Shown in pieces: positions 38,010 through 46,203 of a stretch of DNA of 64,000 bases. This stretch comes from a virus (taxonomy: Duplodnaviria > Heunggongvirae > Uroviricota > Caudoviricetes), in the IMG/VR virus record IMGVR_UViG_3300020451_002055; one strand, written 5' to 3'. Position 1 is the stretch's first letter; each line of letters begins with the position of its first letter. The position numbers were made by a program, and so were the translations under genes. The notes under the pieces are model-generated. The model was not told where the DNA came from. It saw nothing but the letters and a program-made list of their open reading frames with translations, and made no database searches.

Positions 38010-38727
38010 CGTCAAATATACTGTCCCAGAACTTTTTGTTGATCTCGTAGCCAACAGCGTTCATGCCCATCTTGCGAGCGGCCCTTGCAGTAGTGCCCGA
38101 GCCCATGAATGGGTCGAGGACAAGGGATCTTTCCGGCAGATTGGCTAGTTTCAAGCATCGAGTCGGTATCTCTTCTGGAAACATATCCTTATGCGGTTTC
38201 TGCTTCTTACTTTGAACTGTCGGATATCCGACGTACCAAACATTACCGGCACACCGAACATCTTGTTTCTGCTGATCTCCATCGAACACTCCATACCGCT
38301 TGACATTGCTCTTATGCATGTATGGAATACCTAGAGAAAGCCTGTCGATTTTGGCCTTACCCTTGCTGAACTGAAAAATGTATTCGAACATATTGTTCAT
38401 GCGATAGTCGCTGTTGATAGGCGTGTAGTGACCGCCGCTAAACGGATTGCTCTTGACCCAAATGATCGTGTCAATCCAGTCAAGCTTCTTAGCTAGCTCG
38501 TTTGCGCATTCAAACGGTCTACCCTTGTCGCTAGCTAGTTGTCCAAAGTTCACGAAAGCCAAAGTTCCCGGCTTCATGACTCTGTAAAGCTCCGATGCTA
38601 GACTTCTCATCAAGCCCGGAGAATACCCGTCCTCATCCTTGTAGGGTGGAGAGGTGATAACAAGATCTACGCTATGATCCCTTATCTCGTCCATGCTCTC
38701 GCAGGACTTCTTGTGAAGTTCTACCAT
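37999..38727 (-). CDS. Beta-class N4-C/N6-A DNA methyltransferase
   Basis: ITSPPY, HKDMFPEE, LDPFMGSGTT. Confidence 0.92.
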   Translation of the reverse strand: MVELHKKSCESMDEIRDHSVDLVITSPPYKDEDGYSPGLMRSLASELYRVMKPGTLAFVNFGQLASDKGRPFECANELAKKLDWIDTIIWVKSNPFSGGHYTPINSDYRMNNMFEYIFQFSKGKAKIDRLSLGIPYMHKSNVKRYGVFDGDQQKQDVRCAGNVWYVGYPTVQSKKQKPHKDMFPEEIPTRCLKLANLPERSLVLDPFMGSGTTARAARKMGMNAVGYEINKKFWDSIFDDED

Positions 38728-39415
38728 CTTGGCCTCCGCTAACGTTGCGTCTTAGACGCTCAATCTCTTCCTCTTGTTTTCGACAATTGAAGTGATTGAC
38801 TCTATTGCGGATATGATAACCAAGACCTTCTGGATTATCGTCATCGAACAAGGCCTTCAAACCTTGGACGTTTTCTGCATACAAATACTTCTCTATCATG
38901 CGGCCTGCCTTCTCTGCAATAACAATCTCATCCGGATCAAAGTTGACTGCTTTGAGATAGTCATGCAAAGATTTATTCAGACAGAACGCTAGTTCTAGAG
39001 ACTCCCTCGGGCTAGGTCTATCCGAGTCCGAAGTAATCTCTAAGATCAAGGCATCCATGATGTCTTCGACATTGATGCCGATGCCTTCGCTTAGACGCTC
39101 AACAACCTGTCTTAAGCCCAGGTTTTCATACTCGGCTACAAAATGAACAATGGAGCCGCCGGACTTGCAGCCGTAGCAATAAAAGTCCTCATGATCTCCC
39201 TTGTCATAGATGTAGAACGAAGGAGAGTTATCGTTAGGATGGCTTGGAAGAGGACAATGATATACAAGATTGCCGTTCGTTCGCATCCGAGCATTGACCC
39301 CTCGCTCGGCTAAATAGTCGGATATCTTGTGCTTGAGCTTGATTTGATCGATGACGATCTGAGGAGTCCTGTCTCCTCTCTTCTCAATATGGACATAAGT
39401 AGGGCCTTCGCTCAT
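38672..39415 (-). CDS. Stand-alone primase CHC2 zinc-binding domain plus helical region
   Basis: CPLPSHPNDNSPSF...FYCYGCKSGGSIVHFV; no TOPRIM. Confidence 0.88.
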   Translation of the reverse strand: MSEGPTYVHIEKRGDRTPQIVIDQIKLKHKISDYLAERGVNARMRTNGNLVYHCPLPSHPNDNSPSFYIYDKGDHEDFYCYGCKSGGSIVHFVAEYENLGLRQVVERLSEGIGINVEDIMDALILEITSDSDRPSPRESLELAFCLNKSLHDYLKAVNFDPDEIVIAEKAGRMIEKYLYAENVQGLKALFDDDNPEGLGYHIRNRVNHFNCRKQEEEIERLRRNVSGGQDGRTSQEVLREHGRDKGS

Positions 39416-41007
39416 ATGTCAAAATCATCCGTAAGAACGTTTAGGTTATCCTTCTTTTCCGGCTCTGAGAATATCTCGTCAGTTGACAGATTCTTAGAAG
39501 AAGGCGGAGCGTTGTCGTCTTCGTCGTCAAAGTTCAAGTCACCTATCATATCGATGTCGTCGATCATTGATTCGGCATGCTTTACAGAATCATCTGGCGT
39601 CAAGCATTCCCATGTAGCATCTTCCTCAGAAGAAATGCGACCTATCTCAGGAGCAACATTGAGAACGGCATAGGGCTTGCCGCCAGGAAAGGTCTTTGAC
39701 CCATACCTGGACTTGATACAGAATACCTGAAGTTTCTCGTTCGGTTGCGAGGGCATTGGAACCTGAGCAAAGATATTGTCGGAGTCTGCGGAGAAGTCGT
39801 GAGAACCTCGAACGTCTTCGGAACCAACAGTCTGTTGACCCTCTTTCTCTTTGCGGTGCTTCTTGATTGCATCTCTCGAAAGCTGAGCGGCGGAGATAAC
39901 AGAGAACCCTAGAGATCGGCCTAGCTGACGCAAGTCCTTACACATATGACCAATCTGCTCATGCGTAGGGGCTCTCTCATTGATTACCTCAGGTCTGAGA
40001 ATTGAAATGTAGTCAACGATAACGACATCGGGCTTGAACCAAGCATAGTTTTGTTCAATGAGCTTCTTGATATCAGATACCCGGAGACGATCGATAGGAT
40101 CGAGCATGACGAATCGATGCTTGATATCATTCCATTTGGCTACTTCTCTCTTGACCTTCTCGAACTCGCTATCAGACAGTCGATCAGCATGCTCGATCTT
40201 TCTTAGTTCAACCTTACTCTCGCGAGAAATGACCTTATGAAACAGCATCTCCGCAGGCATCTCAAGAGGGACCATGAGTACGTTCTTGCCATACTGCTTG
40301 AAAATGTTCAATGCGACGTTGAGCATCATAGTCGTCTTGAAGCCGCCTACGTCGGCGACGAAGAGCGTCAGCATGCCGGGTTTCAATCCGACGCCGATGC
40401 TGTAGTCAATCTCTGGAAAACCAGTCAGCAGTCTTTCTTCGGGTTCCTTGCGGCGCTGTTCAAGGTTCTTGAGCCACTCGTCTTCGCCGAACTCCGCTCC
40501 ATCGAGAACTCTGGCCGTGCCCGCATCTGCTTCGCCAGCCAAGCCCTTGAGCTTCTCTGCAAGCTCAGCAGAGGCCTTGTAGATGTTAGACTTGGCTGTC
40601 TTGTTGTAATCCGAAAGGCTATCGTTGGCTCTCTGCCTTACATAATGCTCTTTGAGCTTGCTGATGTAGAAGTCGAAGTCATTCTTGCTAGCATGCTCAG
40701 TATTGGCAATCTCGCTGAACATAGTTGATTCAGCGATGACAACCATGTTCTTAGACTGCTTTGAGTCTTTAGCATCTATCCAGTCTTTGTATTCGCCGCT
40801 CTCGCATGCTTTCGATATGAAATCCATGTATGCGTTCTTAGTTAGAGTCATACCTCTAACATGCATAGCTCGGATACTTACCGCTAGCGGTCGGTACTTG
40901 ATGCTGAAATATTCGGGCTTTGCGTTTGCCGCAAAGTCTTCAGCTAGCTCCGGGTTATTGGTAACTAGGTGTAGTATCTTCCTTTGATGAGTCTCGTATT
41001 CGCTCAT
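39412..41007 (-). CDS. dnaB: DnaB-like replicative helicase
   Basis: LTGFPEID, GLKPG, ADVGGFKT, LEM, IVDY, AAQLSR, RGS...ADSD, KSRYG. Confidence 0.9.
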   Translation of the reverse strand: MSEYETHQRKILHLVTNNPELAEDFAANAKPEYFSIKYRPLAVSIRAMHVRGMTLTKNAYMDFISKACESGEYKDWIDAKDSKQSKNMVVIAESTMFSEIANTEHASKNDFDFYISKLKEHYVRQRANDSLSDYNKTAKSNIYKASAELAEKLKGLAGEADAGTARVLDGAEFGEDEWLKNLEQRRKEPEERLLTGFPEIDYSIGVGLKPGMLTLFVADVGGFKTTMMLNVALNIFKQYGKNVLMVPLEMPAEMLFHKVISRESKVELRKIEHADRLSDSEFEKVKREVAKWNDIKHRFVMLDPIDRLRVSDIKKLIEQNYAWFKPDVVIVDYISILRPEVINERAPTHEQIGHMCKDLRQLGRSLGFSVISAAQLSRDAIKKHRKEKEGQQTVGSEDVRGSHDFSADSDNIFAQVPMPSQPNEKLQVFCIKSRYGSKTFPGGKPYAVLNVAPEIGRISSEEDATWECLTPDDSVKHAESMIDDIDMIGDLNFDDEDDNAPPSSKNLSTDEIFSEPEKKDNLNVLTDDFDI

Positions 41008-41022
41008 AGATCGCTCCCTCCC

Positions 41023-41847
41023 TTAGACTTTGATCTTGTATGTATTTTGCGATTCTACGATCTTAGCGATTCCGGTCCCCATGACTTCAGACAAAGATAC
41101 CTTGGTTACATCGAAATCAAAGACAAGAATGGTAGGCTTGCCTTCCGATGATCTAGAGACTATGAAGTCGTCAACCGTTTCCTTAGTCCATGATGATGCA
41201 TTACCCTTTTCTATCTTACAGATGTCATCAATGACGAGCCAATCGGCATCGAGAGCATCATGTACATATGAGTCATACCTCTTCAACCCCTGTCGAAGTC
41301 TGAGGAATGAAATCCAATCGTATGTTCTTGCTATGTTTTGAGAAGACATCCGACGCCATATGGCATCGATCATGACGCAGGAAGCTAGAAGCGTCTTGCC
41401 TTTGGGTTCTCTTTTGACTTTGAAGTTCGAGAATCCTACTTGAGCATTGTCTTCGATGCTCTTTTGATCGCCGTGAATGACAAGCGATGAACCCTTCTTG
41501 AACCGTTCATCAAGGACCGAGGCCATGTTTAGCTCGCTCCTTGACATATCTTGCTTGTCTAGAGGGAAGGCCCCCTCATACATATAGGACCAAAGTTCTT
41601 GACGTATTCGATGAGCCTCTCGGACATCGATAATACGTTTATCCTGAACTTTACCCGTATATGAGAAGATATTCGCGTTGCGATACTCTTCTGGTATGAT
41701 TGAACGGATGTTCGCTAGTATTTCAGCGGTTTTATAGCAGACGCAACCGCCCTGCCTCTGACATTGCGAATCTTCGGAATCAAATGTCGGGCACTCAGGT
41801 CTTAGCTGCTTGAGATAGTGCTTGATATAGCTGCTGATGTCTTCCAT
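41023..41847 (-). CDS. DnaC/IstB-like AAA+ helicase loader (divergent)
   Basis: N-terminal Cys cluster, IPEEY, LVIHG...KGKTLLA, WLVIDDI, R...GKPTI; directly upstream of dnaB. Confidence 0.7.
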   Translation of the reverse strand: MEDISSYIKHYLKQLRPECPTFDSEDSQCQRQGGCVCYKTAEILANIRSIIPEEYRNANIFSYTGKVQDKRIIDVREAHRIRQELWSYMYEGAFPLDKQDMSRSELNMASVLDERFKKGSSLVIHGDQKSIEDNAQVGFSNFKVKREPKGKTLLASCVMIDAIWRRMSSQNIARTYDWISFLRLRQGLKRYDSYVHDALDADWLVIDDICKIEKGNASSWTKETVDDFIVSRSSEGKPTILVFDFDVTKVSLSEVMGTGIAKIVESQNTYKIKV

Positions 41848-41871
41848 GCAAATGAAATCGGCTCAATCAAC

Positions 41872-41889
41872 GCTCGCAGATAAGCGAGC
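41872..41889 (-). terminator. Short hairpin after the AAA ATPase gene
   Basis: GCTCGC-N6-GCGAGC inverted repeat 3 nt after the stop; poor U tract. Confidence 0.35.
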
Positions 41890-41892
41890 CAC

Positions 41893-44805
41893 TCAGCTTT
41901 TGACCTTATGAGTGTTGGCGTATCGAGCGTTCTCTTCGGCCCATTTGCGCATGGCTTCGATCTCTTCTGCACGCATCTTTGAGAGAGGCTTGAACTGACC
42001 TGCGGCCTTCGTGATGTCAGACATCTTCAAATCCCGCTTCTGCTTGAAGGCATAGAACAGCGCTTCATTGACGGCCTTCTCAATTTCTGCTCCGCTGAAC
42101 CCTTCAAGGTCTTTATGCTCAGCAACCTTCTTGAGAGTAAGTCGGCTTTCCTTGGGCATGTTATCAGGATCAATGCCCTTGAGCGTCAACATAATGCGAA
42201 GAATGATCTCTCGTTCTGCGGCATCAGGCAGGTCAATGAAGAAGACCTCATCCAATCGACCGGCTCGCATGAACTCGGGCGGGATATCGTCCATGTTGTT
42301 CGCCGTGCAAATGACAAAGACTGATTTAGTCTTCTCTTGCATCCAGGTAAGGAAAGTAGAGATGACTCGCTTCGTCGTCCCGCTGTCGCCAGAACCTTTG
42401 CCAACTGCTGCGGACAGTGCCTTCTCGACCTCATCAACCCAAAGGACGCAGTTGTGGCAAAGCAGATTATTGGCAAAGAAGTTATGGTTGCCTTCGCAGG
42501 AAAGATCGTAGACCGTATCCTTTCCAACCGGATCAACCGACATGACTCGAATGCCGACGACATCAGAGGTAACAAGCGTAGCGACTTCAGATTCATTTCT
42601 CGAATCTTCAGCAGAAATCATGCCGCCGAGATGATACCCGATATGTTTACTGCGGCGAGAGCAGTCCCCAACAGCATGAGTAATCAGTTTGCTGAGATGA
42701 TCGCTGCTGACTCTTTCAACAACCGCTCGGGCGAGGAGATCGATTTCATGCTGCGAAGCGATGAAGACAGTCCTGTACGTTTTGCGAGGAGCGACGATAC
42801 CGATGCAATGCAGAGCCCGGCAGAGACGGTCCCTCTCCTCCGAGTCTTCGACGATGATGGAAATCTTAGTATTGCGACCAAGCTGGATATTGGATGAGGA
42901 CTCAACAAAACCGGACAGGTAGGCGCTGACAAGTTCGTCATTGAATGAGATCAGGTTCTTCCTGATGTATTCAACGATCTGATAGATGGCCTTGTGATGG
43001 ACATAGCACTGAGTTGTCCCGTCTTCTTGATCCTGCAACTCAGGCTCGATACCAAAGCATGCCTGCATAGCAACCGTATAGGCATAGGCTTTGGAAGAGA
43101 AGAGATGAGCCTTGGAAGAAAAGTCGCCGTCAAAGACAACAAGGTCTTCGCCCTCAAGGAAGCCGGAGCCATCAAGCATACCAGCAATGTAGAGAGCGCA
43201 TTCAGGATTGAATCCGTCTTCCGCGAAAAGAATCTCTTCGCAGCTTGGACCTCTGATGCCCTTCTCGTCAATATCAAACGACTCATCCAGGGCATCTCGG
43301 AGATCGAACGGAATCGGGTCTCGCATGAGTTTCTTGGGAGAGACAACGAAATCATCTGCCTTGATGCGGACAGCCTCGATCCACTCAAGCTGACCGTCTC
43401 GGATGATCATCATCTTGTGATCAGCGGTAACGCGAAGCTGAGCATTCGCCGTAACGATTTCAACGATGTCCCTCTTGCGGGGCTTCTTGACAACCGCTTC
43501 GACTCGGGTTCGCTCAATCTGCAATGAGTCTTCATTGAAAGAATAGGTAAAGAACGGCTTACTCTTGAAGAGAGACTTGTCGCTCATCAGGTCATCAATG
43601 GTATAGACAACGCCATTTGAGTCATAGACCTTGGCCTCGCCTGTGACGCATGGAGCAAGCGTCTCCGCCAAAGCGATTGCCTCTCGGATGTTTGCCTCCG
43701 ACTCGCCGACGAGCGAATCCATGACGGCTCCAAGATCGAGTCGAAGCAGGGGACGCCCAAAGAAGCGAGCGATACCCTTGGCAGACAGCGATTTGCCCAT
43801 GCCCGGAACGCCGCAAAGCAAAACGCCTCGGGGGTCAACAATGCCAAACTCTCTTGCTTCGGGAGAGAACGCAAGCTTTCGATCGCGGACCCAATCGAGC
43901 ATGGGATCAAGACCGCCGATATGGTCAAGCTCAACCTGCGAATCGACATAGGTCAGGGCATCGTTTTTGCTGATAGCAGAACGCTTTGCTTCAATCAGCT
44001 TGCTCAGTTCAAGAGGATGGTGATCAAGCTCCTTGGCAGAGGCAATGGTTTGCATGTACGCGGCCTTGATCTCGGCCATCGTCAAACCAAGAACGGCATC
44101 GACGAGAGCATCGCGATGCTTATTGGCATACTCAGTGATACCAGGATACAGCCCTTGAACCCCTCTTGTGCCAATGATGGTATCAAGCTCGGTCGAAATC
44201 TCTTCTCTGTTGGGACGAGGGAACAGGAGGTTCTCGAAAACGTGCCCGAGACCGGCGGAATCCAGATACTTGGGACCGGTGACGATGACTGTTCCGCCTC
44301 GACTCTCATGGGCAAGTTCCCGAAGGAGGCGTTCAACCTTCGGGTCATATTTTGGAGACAGGTACTTGTGGAAGTCGCAGAGAACAAAAACGACACCTCT
44401 GGCGTGCCGGTATTGGGCGGTTCGGACCTGCTTGACCTTTTCAATGATGTGACGCAGAATTCCGACAGGATCGGTTGCCTGCTTCCCCTCACTGATGGAA
44501 TGATTCATGTTCGGGTTGATACATTGCAACCCATGGACGCAATCCCATCGATAAGCGAGATAGTCGCTCGCCATGACCAGGTGCTTCAAATGGTCAAGGA
44601 ATCGATCCTCTTCGGGAGTCGAAACAAAGAGAAGCGGGTGACGAGAGCGAATCAGAGACATCAGCCGATAGTTGTAGTCTGGTTCGGCTCCCGCATGGAA
44701 CCTGTCCAAATGACTCAACTCAACAGGCGTATGTTCTGTACCTGCCGCAGCCTCAACAGCGGCAACGGGCACTTCAATCGTATCGCTAGTATGTTCTTGG
44801 GACAT
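41893..44805 (-). CDS. Ycf46-like AAA+ ATPase precursor containing an intein
   Basis: EEDR, DFHKYL, IGGLD, GVPGMGKS, LVGESE, AP/CVLWVDEVEK, TAN...PPEFMRAGRLDEVFFIDLP, GFSGAEIE. Confidence 0.9.
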   Translation of the reverse strand: MSQEHTSDTIEVPVAAVEAAAGTEHTPVELSHLDRFHAGAEPDYNYRLMSLIRSRHPLLFVSTPEEDRFLDHLKHLVMASDYLAYRWDCVHGLQCINPNMNHSISEGKQATDPVGILRHIIEKVKQVRTAQYRHARGVVFVLCDFHKYLSPKYDPKVERLLRELAHESRGGTVIVTGPKYLDSAGLGHVFENLLFPRPNREEISTELDTIIGTRGVQGLYPGITEYANKHRDALVDAVLGLTMAEIKAAYMQTIASAKELDHHPLELSKLIEAKRSAISKNDALTYVDSQVELDHIGGLDPMLDWVRDRKLAFSPEAREFGIVDPRGVLLCGVPGMGKSLSAKGIARFFGRPLLRLDLGAVMDSLVGESEANIREAIALAETLAPCVTGEAKVYDSNGVVYTIDDLMSDKSLFKSKPFFTYSFNEDSLQIERTRVEAVVKKPRKRDIVEIVTANAQLRVTADHKMMIIRDGQLEWIEAVRIKADDFVVSPKKLMRDPIPFDLRDALDESFDIDEKGIRGPSCEEILFAEDGFNPECALYIAGMLDGSGFLEGEDLVVFDGDFSSKAHLFSSKAYAYTVAMQACFGIEPELQDQEDGTTQCYVHHKAIYQIVEYIRKNLISFNDELVSAYLSGFVESSSNIQLGRNTKISIIVEDSEERDRLCRALHCIGIVAPRKTYRTVFIASQHEIDLLARAVVERVSSDHLSKLITHAVGDCSRRSKHIGYHLGGMISAEDSRNESEVATLVTSDVVGIRVMSVDPVGKDTVYDLSCEGNHNFFANNLLCHNCVLWVDEVEKALSAAVGKGSGDSGTTKRVISTFLTWMQEKTKSVFVICTANNMDDIPPEFMRAGRLDEVFFIDLPDAAEREIILRIMLTLKGIDPDNMPKESRLTLKKVAEHKDLEGFSGAEIEKAVNEALFYAFKQKRDLKMSDITKAAGQFKPLSKMRAEEIEAMRKWAEENARYANTHKVKS
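42451..43650 (-). mobile_element. 400-aa intein with degenerate LAGLIDADG endonuclease
   Basis: Starts CVTGEAKV; block B TADH; ends VYDLSCEGNHNFFANNLLCHN followed by Cys+1; removal restores LAP-CVLWVDE. Confidence 0.93.
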
Positions 44806-44827
44806 CTACGCACTCCCATAGCCTCGC

Positions 44828-45364
44828 TCAGCGGACCGGAGAGAGCGTGGCATGCAAAGATCGGTCTGACTCTATTATCCGCTCTGCCTTCGCCACCTGC
44901 TGTAGCTTCTCGATCTGTTCTTGCAGAATTTGGCGGGCCTCGGCTTTATACCTGCGCTCTCTTCCTTTGAGAACGATGCCGAACTTGACCTGGTGGCCCT
45001 TCTCAAGGAATTTGGTGATTTTATCGCGCTTGATATTCAGGTCATGCTCTTGAGTGCTGTAGTGAAAGGTTATTTCCTTGAGACTCGGAGTCTTGATGTT
45101 CTGCTTCTTTTTTGACTGCTCATAGCGCATCTTGCCGTAGTCCATGATCTTGCAGACAGGCCATTCGCCCCTATCCCGATTGCCCGGCTTGACCTCAACG
45201 AGGTCTAACCCGACTTCCTCGGCTTTCTGCTTGGCATCTTTGGTGGCGATCTCGCCGTGATTCGTACCTTGCTCGTCAATCAGAATGACGCGAGGGGCTC
45301 GAATGAAATCGTTTATACGGTTGGTGCGTTCGTTATTCGAAGAACGATTGATTTTGCGGTGCAT
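44828..45364 (-). CDS. infC: Translation initiation factor IF-3
   Basis: RINDFIRAPRVILIDEQG, GLDLVEV, PVCKIMDYGKMRYEQSKK, KEI, HDL..K, FLEKGHQVK...GRE. Confidence 0.93.
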   Translation of the reverse strand: MHRKINRSSNNERTNRINDFIRAPRVILIDEQGTNHGEIATKDAKQKAEEVGLDLVEVKPGNRDRGEWPVCKIMDYGKMRYEQSKKKQNIKTPSLKEITFHYSTQEHDLNIKRDKITKFLEKGHQVKFGIVLKGRERRYKAEARQILQEQIEKLQQVAKAERIIESDRSLHATLSPVR

Positions 45365-46196
45365 CTGTATACTCGGCAGCAATAAGCGTGAACGGCTCTC
45401 CCGTTGAGCGGGCAAGCGTTTCAATGAGTTCCGAAAACTCTTTCTTCATATCGGATGGGTATGGTCCTAGATTTTCTGTTTGCGTAAACAACTGGTCTAC
45501 GCCTTGTTTGTTCATCAAATCTAGAACGGACTGACATATCTTGCTTATCGACAAACTCTTGTCATTGTTCTCTTTGTTTCTTAGCCAATAGTAACAAATA
45601 AATAGACCGTATGAACAGAGGAACGATCCAATGCCTTGACGCATGGTTGACTGCATTGCATCTTCGGTCAGCGACGACTCAGGCTCAGCTACTTCCACAT
45701 TGCGTTCTTGAGTTTCCAACTGAACATTCTGTTCTGAACAGAACTTGGCAAAATCTTCGACGTTGCGATCATACCGCAGCATCTTAAAACCAAGATACCC
45801 ATACGATGCAATCAAAGATTCTGCTCGTTCTGAGAAAAACCAATCGAGATAGTATTTGGTCAGCCTGTTAGAGGGCCATTCGCCGAACACTCGCTTGAGG
45901 CCTTCCTGCATTAGCTTTATACCCTCCTGGGCTCCGCCATATGAGATTGACCACCTCTGTCCAGTCAGGTTGACATAATGGGCAAGGCAATATCGGAGCA
46001 TGTCCGGCTTGTTCCATTCGCTAACCTTTTTTGTAGCATAGCCGGGACCGCCTCTGGCATCCCACTTGACTTCCTCAGCTTCAAGTCGTTGTTCGCCAAC
46101 AAGCTCCACTTCTTTCTGCGTATAGGAATATCCATGCAGTTGTTCTTTCGAAGCTTTGCTAGCCGCCGAAAGCATTTCATCCATGTTCTTTATCAT
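45333..46196 (-). CDS. Hypothetical protein
   Basis: 287-aa ORF filling the operon. Confidence 0.7.
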   Translation of the reverse strand: MIKNMDEMLSAASKASKEQLHGYSYTQKEVELVGEQRLEAEEVKWDARGGPGYATKKVSEWNKPDMLRYCLAHYVNLTGQRWSISYGGAQEGIKLMQEGLKRVFGEWPSNRLTKYYLDWFFSERAESLIASYGYLGFKMLRYDRNVEDFAKFCSEQNVQLETQERNVEVAEPESSLTEDAMQSTMRQGIGSFLCSYGLFICYYWLRNKENNDKSLSISKICQSVLDLMNKQGVDQLFTQTENLGPYPSDMKKEFSELIETLARSTGEPFTLIAAEYTDAPQNQSFFE

Positions 46197-46203
46197 GCTC
46201 TGC

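Noticed and set aside
43921-44970. 349-aa plus-strand ORF
   Set aside because: Antisense to the AAA ATPase and IF3; no motifs; shadow ORF.
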